Part shown: positions 25,957 through 35,319 of the stretch, one piece after another | How the letters are laid out: every line of letters starts with the position of its first letter | Numbering within the stretch: position 1 is the stretch's first letter | Assembly: GCA_017444165.1 (NCBI GenBank) | Contig: JAFSXH010000154.1 | Span: 1-45,125 of the forward strand | DNA from: a bacterium | GTDB lineage: Bacteria > Vulcanimicrobiota > Xenobia > Xenobiales > Xenobiaceae | DNA length: 45,125 nucleotides | Direction: 5' to 3' | Position numbers and translations under genes: made by a program | Notes under the pieces: generated by a model | Databases searched by the model: none | What the model was told of the DNA's origin: nothing | Seen by the model: the letters and a program-made list of their open reading frames with translations, nothing else

Positions 25957-28900
25957 ATGAGTAATGTGAACGCTACCAAAGCGATCATGGATGCCAACGA
26001 AGCTACTGCTGATGTCGCTTTTAGATGCAGTGAAGTCTGTGCTATTTATCCTATTACCCCCTCTTCTCCAATGGGTGAGTTTGCTGATCAGTGGAGTGCT
26101 GAAAAGCGTGTAAATTTGTGGGGTGCTATTCCTCACATTCAGGAGATGGAATCTGAAGGTGGAGCCGCTGGTGCTGTTCACGGTTCTTTGCAGAGTGGTG
26201 CTTTAACCTCAACTTTCACCGCCAGCCAAGGCTTATTGTTGATGATCCCCAATATGTATAAGATCGCTGGTGAGTTGACTAGCACCGTCTTCCATATTGC
26301 CGCTCGTTCCTTAGCCGCTCAGGGCCTTTCTATTTTTGGCGACCACGCTGACGTGATGGCTTGTCGTCAAACTGGTTTTGCTATGCTCTTCTCTAATTCC
26401 GTTCAGGAAGCTACAGATATGGCCTGCATAGCTCACGCCGCTACTTTAGAGAGTCGTGTACCCTTTATCCACGCTTTTGATGGTTTCCGTACTTCCCACG
26501 AAGTCAACACTATCGTGAAGATCCCCGATGAAGTGTTGCGTGAGATGATCTCTGATGATCTGGTACGTGAACACCGCAAACGCGCTCTCAACCCCAATCA
26601 TCCTTTCATTCGCGGTACTGCTCAGAATGCAGACATTTACTTCCAGGGTCGTGAGGCTTCTAATCCTTACTATCAGAAGACCCCTGGCATCGTAGCCAAA
26701 TTGATGAAGAAGTTTGCTGATCTTACAGGCCGCACTTACAACCTCTTCGAGTACCACGGTGCTCCCGATGCTACTGAAGTTGTAGTATTGATGGGTTCTG
26801 GTGTCTCTGTTGTACGCGGAACTTTGGATAAGTTGTTAGCTGAAGGTAAGAAGGTCGGTGTCGTCACTGCCCGTCTGTATCGTCCCTTCGATATCGACTC
26901 CTTCATTGAGGCTATTCCCGCTACCGTCAGAACTATCGGCGTTTTGGATCGCACCAAAGAGCCCGGCAGTGCTGGTGAGCCTTTATATCAAGATGTCGTT
27001 ACCGCCATTATGCGCAATATGGAGAACGGCGAAGGCAAGTTTGCTAAGTTGCCTAGAGTTATTGGTGGACGTTACGGTCTCTCTTCCAAAGATTTCACTC
27101 CCGCTATGGTTTACGGTGTCTTTGAAGAGTTAGCTAAAGAGAAACCCATTCACGGTTTCACCGTCGGTATTAACGATGATGTCAACCACACTAGTATCGC
27201 TTACGATGCCAATTGGATCAGTGAGCCCGCTGGTACGGTCAGAGCTATGTTCTACGGTTTGGGTTCCGATGGTACGGTCGGTGCTAACAAGAACTCCATC
27301 AAGATTATCGGTGCTGATACTGACAACTACGCTCAAGGTTACTTCGTTTACGACTCTAAGAAGTCTGGCGGCTTGACCGTTTCCCACTTGCGTTTCGGTC
27401 CTAAGCCCATTGACGCTCCCTTCTTGATCCAGAGTGCCAGTTTCATCGCCTGCCACGTATTCGAGTATTTGCAGCGTTACGATGTTCTTAAGAACGCCGA
27501 AGAGGGCGGAGTCTTCTTGCTCAACAGTCCTTTCTCCAAGGAAGAAGTTTGGGATCAGATGCCATGTGAAGTGCAGAAAGAGATCCTCGACAAGAAGCTC
27601 AAGTTCTACGTTATCGATGCTTTAACAGTGGCTCGTGAAGCTGGTATGGGCAACCGTATCAACACGGTTATGCAGACCGCTTTCTTTGCTATCAGTGGTG
27701 TGTTGCCTCGTGAAGAAGCTATTGGTTACATTAAGGCTAGTATTAAGAAGAGTTATCTCAAGAAAGGCATGGCCGTCGTTGAAAAGAACTGGGCCGCCGT
27801 TGATAACAGTTTAGCCGCTCTCTATCAGGTTGAGACTGAAGGACTCAAGATTACGGGCCAACCTCGCAAGCCTATCGTGTCTCCCGAAGCTCCTGAATTT
27901 GTTCAGAAAGTTACCGCCGTTATGTTGGCCGAGCGTGGCGACAGTCTGCCAGTCAGTGCCATTCCTGTTGATGGTACTTGGCCCTCTGGTACGACCCAGT
28001 GGGAGAAGCGCAATATCGCTTCCGAAGTACCTGTTTGGGATCCCGCTAAGTGCATTCAGTGCGGTAAGTGCATTTCCGTTTGCCCTCACGCGGCTATTCG
28101 CTCTCGTTTGGTCAGCAACGAAGATATTGCCAAAGCTCCCGAAGGCTTCAAGTATGCTGATGCTAAGGGCTTTGTCGGTTACAAGGAGCATAAGTTCACC
28201 ATTCAGGTAGCTGTTGAAGATTGTACTGGTTGTACGCTCTGCACTGGTGTCTGCCCCGCTAAGGAGAAGGCTTTGACTATGGCTCCTCAGCGTCCTCAGC
28301 GTGAGACGGGCCGCGCCAATTGGAAGTTCTTCCTCGAGCTTCCTGAACTCGGTAAGGATCTCAAGCGCAACATGATCAAGAACGTTCAGTTGTTGCCTCC
28401 TACCTTCGAGTTCTCTGGTGCTTGTGCTGGTTGTGGTGAGACTCCTTATGTGAAGATGGTCAGCCAGCTCTTCGGTGACAGGGCTATGATTGCCAACGCC
28501 ACTGGTTGTTCTTCCATCTATGGTGGTAACTTGCCGACGACTCCTTGGGCTGTCAACAAAGAAGGTCGCGGTCCCGCTTGGGCCAACTCCCTCTTCGAGG
28601 ATAACGCTCAGTTCGGTTTAGGTATGCGTGTAGCTATCGATCAGAAGGAAGAGTACGCTCGCCAGTTGCTCGAGAAAGCTAAGGATCAGCTCGATCCCGA
28701 AGTTTACGAAGGCTTGATGAGTAAAGAGCCAGCCACTCCAGAGAATATCGCTAAGAAACGCGCTCTCTTGGAGAAGTTGGCTGAGAAGGTCAAGAGCTGT
28801 GACTGCGAGTGCGCCAAAGAGATGGCCTCCGTCATGGACGCTTTGATTCCTCGCTCAGTGTGGATCATCGGCGGTGATGGTTGGGCTTATGACATCGGTT

Positions 28901-29517
28901 ACGGCGGATTAGACCACGTTTTGGCTCAGGGCAAGAACGTCAACGTTTTGGTTCTCGACACTGAGGTTTACTCCAATACTGGTGGTCAGGCTTCCAAGGC
29001 TACTCCTTTGGGTGCTGTGGCTCGCTTTGCCGTTGCTGGTAAGAGCTTGCCCAAGAAGGATCTGGGTATGATCGCTATGTCTTATGGCAATATTTACGTA
29101 GCTCAGATCGCTTTAGGTGCTAACGATGCTCAGGCTCTCAAGGCTATTGAAGAGGCCGAGTCTTACGATGGACCTTCCTTGATTATTGCTTACGCTCACT
29201 GTATTAACCACGGTATCAATATGGCCGAAGGTTTACAGCATCAGAAGCACGCTGTTGAGTGCGGTCAGTGGCCTTTGTACCGCTTCGATCCCAGACTCAA
29301 AGCTCAGGGTAAGAGTTGCTTACAGGTCGACTATAAGGGGCCTGATGCTGAGAAGAAGCCCGTGGCTGAGTATTTAGCCAGTGAGAACCGCTTCCGTCAG
29401 TTGCAGAAGCTCAATCCCGAAGCTGCTGAGTACTTCACTAAAGAAGCTCAGAGGATCGCTAAAGAGCGTTATGAAAAATATGTGTATATGGCTAACTTGA
29501 AGCCCACTGAGGAATAG
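25957..29517 (+). CDS. nifJ: Pyruvate:ferredoxin (flavodoxin) oxidoreductase, single-polypeptide type
   Basis: Length 1186 aa. Two ferredoxin-type motifs (CIQCGKCISVCP, CTGCTLCTGVCP) and the TPP-binding motif GGDGWAYDIGYGG. PFOR-like along its full length. Confidence 0.97.
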   Translation: MSNVNATKAIMDANEATADVAFRCSEVCAIYPITPSSPMGEFADQWSAEKRVNLWGAIPHIQEMESEGGAAGAVHGSLQSGALTSTFTASQGLLLMIPNMYKIAGELTSTVFHIAARSLAAQGLSIFGDHADVMACRQTGFAMLFSNSVQEATDMACIAHAATLESRVPFIHAFDGFRTSHEVNTIVKIPDEVLREMISDDLVREHRKRALNPNHPFIRGTAQNADIYFQGREASNPYYQKTPGIVAKLMKKFADLTGRTYNLFEYHGAPDATEVVVLMGSGVSVVRGTLDKLLAEGKKVGVVTARLYRPFDIDSFIEAIPATVRTIGVLDRTKEPGSAGEPLYQDVVTAIMRNMENGEGKFAKLPRVIGGRYGLSSKDFTPAMVYGVFEELAKEKPIHGFTVGINDDVNHTSIAYDANWISEPAGTVRAMFYGLGSDGTVGANKNSIKIIGADTDNYAQGYFVYDSKKSGGLTVSHLRFGPKPIDAPFLIQSASFIACHVFEYLQRYDVLKNAEEGGVFLLNSPFSKEEVWDQMPCEVQKEILDKKLKFYVIDALTVAREAGMGNRINTVMQTAFFAISGVLPREEAIGYIKASIKKSYLKKGMAVVEKNWAAVDNSLAALYQVETEGLKITGQPRKPIVSPEAPEFVQKVTAVMLAERGDSLPVSAIPVDGTWPSGTTQWEKRNIASEVPVWDPAKCIQCGKCISVCPHAAIRSRLVSNEDIAKAPEGFKYADAKGFVGYKEHKFTIQVAVEDCTGCTLCTGVCPAKEKALTMAPQRPQRETGRANWKFFLELPELGKDLKRNMIKNVQLLPPTFEFSGACAGCGETPYVKMVSQLFGDRAMIANATGCSSIYGGNLPTTPWAVNKEGRGPAWANSLFEDNAQFGLGMRVAIDQKEEYARQLLEKAKDQLDPEVYEGLMSKEPATPENIAKKRALLEKLAEKVKSCDCECAKEMASVMDALIPRSVWIIGGDGWAYDIGYGGLDHVLAQGKNVNVLVLDTEVYSNTGGQASKATPLGAVARFAVAGKSLPKKDLGMIAMSYGNIYVAQIALGANDAQALKAIEEAESYDGPSLIIAYAHCINHGINMAEGLQHQKHAVECGQWPLYRFDPRLKAQGKSCLQVDYKGPDAEKKPVAEYLASENRFRQLQKLNPEAAEYFTKEAQRIAKERYEKYVYMANLKPTEE

Positions 29518-29537
29518 AGTTTAGTTAATTAAATAAG

Positions 29538-29572
29538 GCCCCGTTGTTGTGACAACAGCGGGGCTTTTTTTT
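29538..29572 (+). terminator. Rho-independent terminator after PFOR
   Basis: A 12-bp stem gccccgttgttg / caacagcggggc followed by T8. Confidence 0.8.
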
Positions 29573-29606
29573 GTCTTGTGTGTTGTGGCAGAACAGGCTT
29601 ACAACA

Positions 29607-32600
29607 TTACTCTTTTATAAAACTCTCCAAAGTTTCAAAGAGTGCTTCTGGTTGCACAGGCTTTGAAAGGTGAGCGTTGAGTCCAGCTTGCAAACTGCGT
29701 TGTACATCCTCATCGAAAGCGTTGGCAGTCAGGGCGATAATAGGAATATCTTGAGCATCGGCTCTATCCATGGCACGAATGGTGCGAGTGGCCTCTAAAC
29801 CGTCCATTTCAGGCATGCGCATATCCATTAAAATGGCATCGTAATAGTGTTCGGGGTGATTGGCAAACTTGTCAACGGCAATTTTGCCATTCTCGGCCAA
29901 ATCTACCTCCATTTGACGCATTTGCAGAACCATAATCATTATTTCTGCGTTCACTTGCATGTCTTCCGCTAAAAGGATCTTGCGCCCTTTAAGATCTGCT
30001 TTGTTCTCTTTTTGTTTAGCAAATAACTTTTTGCGTTGGGAGGCGGATTTAAATTCCTCCAATACAGATACAGCAAAGAGCGGTTTGGCAATAAAACTAT
30101 CCACTCCAGCTTGTACGGCTTGATCCAGTATATCATCCCATTTATAAGCAGTCAGGATAATTATAGCCGATTCATCCCCAACAATAGCTCTTATTTGGCG
30201 TGTCGTCTCTACTCCATCCATATTTGGCATTTGCCAATCCACGAGAATAAGATTGTATGGTTCTCTGCGGGCGTGGCGCAATTTAGTCATTTCTATAGCT
30301 TCTTGTCCAGAGGTGGCAATTTCCGCAGCTATTCCAGCTTTTTCTAAGACCAGCTTGGCGTGTTCACAATCTATAGGATCGTCATCCACTACAAGAACTA
30401 CCATTTCGTTAGGGTGGATCTCTGTGGAATTATCCAATGAATCGTCTCGTGTGGCATTGGCTAAGGTTACAGTTACTGAGAAAGTGGAACCTTTACCCTT
30501 GACACTTTTTACTTGAATATTGCCGTTCATAAGTTCAACTATATTTTTAGTTATAGCCATACCTAGACCAGAACTGCCATATTTGTTTGTAGTGGAGGAA
30601 TCTTCTTGACTGAAGGCGTCAAAAATATAGGGTATAAAGTCTTCACTCATACCGATGCCTGTGTCGGAGATAGTGAATTGCAGAGTAGATTGTCCATCGT
30701 ATTTAGCTTTACGTTCAACTTGTAATTCTACTTTGCCACCTGTAGAAGAGAATTTAACAGCATTGCTGAGGATGTTTATTAATACTTGGCGCAGTTTCAT
30801 ATTGTCGCCTATGTAATAATCATCGACCTCTCCGTTTATATGACACTGGTAATCTAAGCCTTTATCATTACATTGACTACTGAATATTGTGTTAATCGTC
30901 TGTAAGAGGTTGGAGAAAGAGAATTCCTCTTTGCGCAATATCAGACGGCCAGATTCGATACGAGCCATATCTAAAATATCGTTAATTAAATTGAGTAGGT
31001 GTTCAGCTGAAGTGCCTATCTTCTCTAAATATTCCTTTGTTTTGGGAGGAGTTTCGGGATCGTTAAGAGCGATATTGTCCAGGCCTATAATGGCATTCAT
31101 TGGAGTGCGAATTTCGTGGCTCATGTTAGACAAGAAAGCTGTCTTAGCCTTATTAGCCTCTTTAACCACTTTTAGAGCTTCACCGAGTACTTGACTCTGA
31201 GCCATAGCTTTGCGTGTTTCGGCATCTGTGTCGGCAAAACAGGCTCCTACGCTGTGGACGATGTGATCGTCGCGATCTTCAGGATGGCGCACGCCAGCAA
31301 AACGGACAGTTTCATAGTACTCTTTACCATGACGAAAAACAGTATAAGTGTAAGATATTATGCGCGTATTCTTCAGATTTTTACGCACAGTATCGGGATG
31401 AACAAAACGCAAAAATTCTTCACGATAAGGTTCTGTTACATACGTATTGGCATAAGCAGTTACTGATTCTAGATACTTAAAACGTTTACCAATCTTTAAT
31501 CCTTTATTGTCCAGATCGCCGTGCTCTTGGTAACAGATACCCTCATCTTTGTCTAACTCTACGTAGTAAACGCTCCAGTAATCCGAAGATAGAGCGGTAA
31601 TCATCTTGTTTTGTTGATCTCTGCGTTGTTCTTCTCTCAATAATTTTTCTTGTAAGGCGAGACGCTGTTCAAGCTCTATCTGTTTTATGCGGTTTGCTGT
31701 TTCAGTAGTCTCCTTTTCGAGGAGGAGATGATTATTTTTCTTGATCTGAGTTATGATGAAGAAAAATAATACTAACATAACCGCAATCGTCAAAATTGAT
31801 TGAATTATGCTTTTATGTATAATGTCAACGTATACTGAACTTACCCGGTCACTAATTACACTTTCACGAATTAAGTAAGTTAATTGCCAGTCTGTGCCAT
31901 TGACGGGTATGTATGCTAAAGTTTCTCTGATATTATTGTAAGTAAATGAGACTACGCCGCGTTTTCCATGCTGAAACTCTCGTATAAAATTTTCATAAGA
32001 ATAAGGAGCTTCAAATTGAGCATTTTTCATGGCTAACAAAAGATTATCTTCTTCAGCTAGTCCACCTAAAACGGCATTAGTCAGAGCTGTACCATTCTGT
32101 GCATAGATATTACAAAATGTGGCTTCCGCATCGTTAGTTGTTATAGAGACTACCGATAACATCTCTTCCATATCGATCTGTATGAAGCAGACACAGAAAC
32201 TTTTTTCATTAAATTTAACGTCTACTGGTAAAGCGATGATAACTTTTTTATTGGCACTTCCCAAATTGAGGATGTAAATCTGTGGTGTGGATAATTTTTT
32301 ATAATCAATATTGAAATCGTTGGTGTATTTTTTTATCTCTTCAGAAGTATAGACAAGTCCTTCTGTATCGACGAAAGCAAATTTCTCGAGGCCATAGGTA
32401 TATTTCATTCTGGATTGATAATCTTTTAGATGTGACTCATCATTCAAAATATGATCTTTTATGAGAGTGATGGCCGTTTGGGCTTCGCGAATGCGTCTCT
32501 GAAAATAGGTCTCAACAACCTTTTCTCGCCGTCCAGCTAGCTCACTCAAATAGAGGAGACTTACTGCACGCACTGCTTTTTCTGTATTTTTCTTTGCGCT

Positions 32601-32699
32601 GTGCCCCATCCAAATTGTTTCAGCTACCAGTATAATAGCTAGAATTATACAGCACACAATAGTTATTGTAGCTATATGGTTCTTCTCAACGGCCTTCAC
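29607..32699 (-). CDS. Hybrid sensor histidine kinase with an extracytoplasmic sensor domain and two receiver domains
   Basis: Two TM segments flank a ~270-aa periplasmic, Cache-like region. H-box SHEIRTPMNAIIG and an HATPase_c domain (GLGMAITKNIVELMNG). Two REC domains (LVDWQMPNMDG and LMDMRMPEMDG). Confidence 0.9.
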   Translation of the reverse strand: MKAVEKNHIATITIVCCIILAIILVAETIWMGHSAKKNTEKAVRAVSLLYLSELAGRREKVVETYFQRRIREAQTAITLIKDHILNDESHLKDYQSRMKYTYGLEKFAFVDTEGLVYTSEEIKKYTNDFNIDYKKLSTPQIYILNLGSANKKVIIALPVDVKFNEKSFCVCFIQIDMEEMLSVVSITTNDAEATFCNIYAQNGTALTNAVLGGLAEEDNLLLAMKNAQFEAPYSYENFIREFQHGKRGVVSFTYNNIRETLAYIPVNGTDWQLTYLIRESVISDRVSSVYVDIIHKSIIQSILTIAVMLVLFFFIITQIKKNNHLLLEKETTETANRIKQIELEQRLALQEKLLREEQRRDQQNKMITALSSDYWSVYYVELDKDEGICYQEHGDLDNKGLKIGKRFKYLESVTAYANTYVTEPYREEFLRFVHPDTVRKNLKNTRIISYTYTVFRHGKEYYETVRFAGVRHPEDRDDHIVHSVGACFADTDAETRKAMAQSQVLGEALKVVKEANKAKTAFLSNMSHEIRTPMNAIIGLDNIALNDPETPPKTKEYLEKIGTSAEHLLNLINDILDMARIESGRLILRKEEFSFSNLLQTINTIFSSQCNDKGLDYQCHINGEVDDYYIGDNMKLRQVLINILSNAVKFSSTGGKVELQVERKAKYDGQSTLQFTISDTGIGMSEDFIPYIFDAFSQEDSSTTNKYGSSGLGMAITKNIVELMNGNIQVKSVKGKGSTFSVTVTLANATRDDSLDNSTEIHPNEMVVLVVDDDPIDCEHAKLVLEKAGIAAEIATSGQEAIEMTKLRHARREPYNLILVDWQMPNMDGVETTRQIRAIVGDESAIIILTAYKWDDILDQAVQAGVDSFIAKPLFAVSVLEEFKSASQRKKLFAKQKENKADLKGRKILLAEDMQVNAEIMIMVLQMRQMEVDLAENGKIAVDKFANHPEHYYDAILMDMRMPEMDGLEATRTIRAMDRADAQDIPIIALTANAFDEDVQRSLQAGLNAHLSKPVQPEALFETLESFIKE

Positions 32700-32827
32700 T
32701 ATAGCTTGCCTCCTACCAATCCCTTTAATTACGCTTCGTTATCTTATTATTATTACCTAGAAAGGGTGTTTAAATCGATGTCACAAACTTTACTTCGAAT
32801 TCTTGGGGCTAATGGCCAGGTGAATAT

Positions 32828-33478
32828 TTGGAGAAGAGAAACAATAAAGACGTGTTAGGATTAGAAGGCAAAAGTGGATACGATGGCAGTAGAGATGCTG
32901 AACTCTTAGAGCGTTTTCAATCTGGCGATCAGAGTGCTTTTGAAGAGTTGATGTCTCTTTACTATAAGTCAGTTCTTAATTTAATTTACAGATTTAAGGG
33001 CTGTTCAGCCAGAGAAGCGGAGGATACCGCTCAGGAGGTATTTTTGCGGCTCTATAGAGCTTTACCGCGCTTTGAGTTGAGAGCCAAATTATTCACCTAT
33101 ATTTATAAAGTAACTATGAACCAGTGTTTTAAGGAGAGAAAACATAGAGCCAAAGATATACCTGTGAAGTTGAGCATAGATGAACCTTTGGAGAATGCCT
33201 CTGATAGTCCCATAAGACGCGACATTGTTGATCCTGGTGATCTGCCCTTGCAGTCTGTAGAGTATGGTGAAACGTATGCGGAGGTTGTCAAGGCTTTACA
33301 AAAGATCGATGCAGAGATGCGTGCTCCTTTGATCCTCAACCGTTTCTATGATATGACCTATGAGGAGATAGCTGAAGTGATGGAGCTTACACCTGCGGCT
33401 GTGCGTTCCCGCGTTCATAGGGCCAGGCAAAATATACTGAAGCACTTGAGAAAGGCGTTCGGTGGAAAGGAGTTTTAG
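32828..33478 (+). CDS. ECF-type RNA polymerase sigma factor
   Basis: TTG start preceded by AGGTGA. Region 2 (FEELMSLYYKSVLNLIYRF, AEDTAQEVFLRLYRAL, TYIYKVTMNQCFKERK) and region 4 HTH (TYEEIAEVMELTPAAVRSRVHRARQ). Confidence 0.85.
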   Translation: MEKRNNKDVLGLEGKSGYDGSRDAELLERFQSGDQSAFEELMSLYYKSVLNLIYRFKGCSAREAEDTAQEVFLRLYRALPRFELRAKLFTYIYKVTMNQCFKERKHRAKDIPVKLSIDEPLENASDSPIRRDIVDPGDLPLQSVEYGETYAEVVKALQKIDAEMRAPLILNRFYDMTYEEIAEVMELTPAAVRSRVHRARQNILKHLRKAFGGKEF

Positions 33479-33481
33479 ATT

Positions 33482-34018
33482 ATGACTGTAGAGTCAAATT
33501 GCGAAAAAATTCAAGAACTTTTATTAGATTATGATGAAGGTTTTTTAGAAGGAGAGAGCCGTCAAGAAGTAGCTTCCCATTTAGAGACGTGTCAAAATTG
33601 TGCCAATTATTACCGAGAATTAAAAGATTCGTGGCAAAATTTAGCAAAAATAAAACTTCCAGAGATCGACCCCGTTCCTGATTATAAAGAGCGTTTTTGG
33701 AGAAAGACTGAAGAAGAGGGGGCAAGAGTTACTTCTAAAAAACACAATTTGTTTCCGCTCTTTTTGGCGTTGGCCGCTTCTTTGGCCTGTGTCTTCGGGT
33801 TGGCCGTTATGTATATCTTTGCCAATCCAGATATGCCTAGTGGATCTTCGGCAGGTGTAGCTTTAGAAGACAAGGTTGTACCAGTAAATGAAATTAGCGA
33901 GGATGCTGGAGATTATTACCAGGGGGATTTTGTCTACGCTGAATATACAGAACCAATGGATGATGATCTTTTATCTCAAGATCTTTTAGATTCGGCTATG
34001 AGGGAAATTTATTTTTAG
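33482..34018 (+). CDS. Anti-sigma factor (zf-HC2 / ZAS type), single-pass membrane protein
   Basis: H-x3-C-x2-C motif (HLETCQNC) near the N-terminus and a TM segment LFPLFLALAASLACVFGLAVMYIF. Located directly downstream of the ECF sigma gene. Confidence 0.75.
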   Translation: MTVESNCEKIQELLLDYDEGFLEGESRQEVASHLETCQNCANYYRELKDSWQNLAKIKLPEIDPVPDYKERFWRKTEEEGARVTSKKHNLFPLFLALAASLACVFGLAVMYIFANPDMPSGSSAGVALEDKVVPVNEISEDAGDYYQGDFVYAEYTEPMDDDLLSQDLLDSAMREIYF

Positions 34019-34034
34019 GCTAGGAGGCGTAACT

Positions 34035-34457
34035 TTGCGTAAATACTTATCTTTTTTAGTAATAGGTGCGTTGCTTTTGAGCATAAATTTTATAGCTCTA
34101 GCAGATAACGGAGAAGAATTTTTTAACACTCCTGAAGCCAAAGCTGTAAGGGCGAAGTACCAAAATAAATTAGGTGCATTGCGCAATGAAATAAATGATG
34201 TCCGTTTAAATGTGTCCAAAGAGTTAGCTTCCCCTCATCCTGATAAAGCTAAAGTAAAAAAGGCTGTCAAAAAGATCTCTGACTTACGCTGTGAACAACA
34301 ACTTCTTCTAACCGATCAACTTTTTGAATTGAGGGAGACTATTCCTGAAGAGAAGAGAGCTGAGTTTATGCGTCCTATTGTGGAACACTATTCGCGTGAA
34401 CAGCGTGGAAAGCATGATAAATTTATGCTCAAGGGTCGTGAGAATAAGAACAAATAA
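34035..34457 (+). CDS. Spy/CpxP-like periplasmic helical protein
   Basis: TTG start preceded by AGGAGG. It has a signal peptide and a Lys/Glu-rich helical body with a degenerate LTxxQ-type region (SDLRCEQQLLLTDQLFELRETIPEEKRAEF). It is the third gene of the ECF module. Confidence 0.5.
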   Translation: MRKYLSFLVIGALLLSINFIALADNGEEFFNTPEAKAVRAKYQNKLGALRNEINDVRLNVSKELASPHPDKAKVKKAVKKISDLRCEQQLLLTDQLFELRETIPEEKRAEFMRPIVEHYSREQRGKHDKFMLKGRENKNK

Positions 34458-34491
34458 ACATTGAATTATCCTCGTCAGTCTGTTGTGTTGA

Positions 34492-34521
34492 GCAGTTAGT
34501 ATTTTTTTTGTTACTAACTGC
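34492..34521. terminator. Perfect hairpin between convergent genes
   Basis: A 10-bp stem gcagttagta / tactaactgc with a T-rich 10-nt loop. There is no flanking T-tract on either strand. Confidence 0.45.
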
Positions 34522-34541
34522 CCTGTGCAGACAAAACAGCC

Positions 34542-35303
34542 TTACATACCGATAATAAAATTCTCGTTACTAAAAGTTTGTGTGTCTTCAGTTTTAGAAG
34601 GCACTACCTCTTGAAGCTCGACTTTGTTGAGTACCTCAACAGTGGAGACAACCTCATCTTCAACGCTGATAACCGTTTTGGTGTTGACGCGCGATGACAC
34701 CATGCGTCCCGCTTCATAGGCGAATACAGTTGTTCCTGAGGCTGTCAATGTTTGGAATATCTTTTGTCCCTGCTCTTCTAATAACAGTGTTTTTGTTTCT
34801 GGAGCGGTAACTTCAATTACAGCCACGTTACAGCCCTGTTCGTAGGCTAATCTCGTTAGTGTGTAGGTGTAGTCGAGGACTAATTGTTTGGTCTGGTTGT
34901 CCCCTATGGGAATGTCTATGGCATTCTTCTCTTGCCAACTGTCACCGATTTTTAAACGTCTGTGGGGGAAGGTCGGCTGTTTGGTATCAGATGGCAAACT
35001 GGTGTGGAGTATGTTGCCGTCTCTATTCATCGTCATGGTTATGGTCTGACCGATCACGGGCAACTCTTGGTGTTGTCCATCTCTAGCTACAAAACCAGAA
35101 GAGAAGTACATCTCGATATCCATCTGCTCATCTTTAACATTGGTAGCCCTTTGGTCCATGAGCATTTCAACATAACTTTCAGTATCCTGAGGCCCATCAT
35201 CAGTAACTGTGTTTTGTTTGGTAGTAATGATGGTCTTGTACTTTAAAACTTCGCCAGGGACCATCTTGTACTCTAAAGTGATGCTGTCGCTATTTAATAA
35301 CAT
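34542..35303 (-). CDS. Hypothetical beta-rich protein without a signal peptide
   Basis: A 253-aa ORF lying 16 nt downstream of the M48 peptidase gene on the same strand. I recognise no family. Confidence 0.6.
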   Translation of the reverse strand: MLLNSDSITLEYKMVPGEVLKYKTIITTKQNTVTDDGPQDTESYVEMLMDQRATNVKDEQMDIEMYFSSGFVARDGQHQELPVIGQTITMTMNRDGNILHTSLPSDTKQPTFPHRRLKIGDSWQEKNAIDIPIGDNQTKQLVLDYTYTLTRLAYEQGCNVAVIEVTAPETKTLLLEEQGQKIFQTLTASGTTVFAYEAGRMVSSRVNTKTVISVEDEVVSTVEVLNKVELQEVVPSKTEDTQTFSNENFIIGM

Positions 35304-35319
35304 TTGCCTAAACTCTCTT

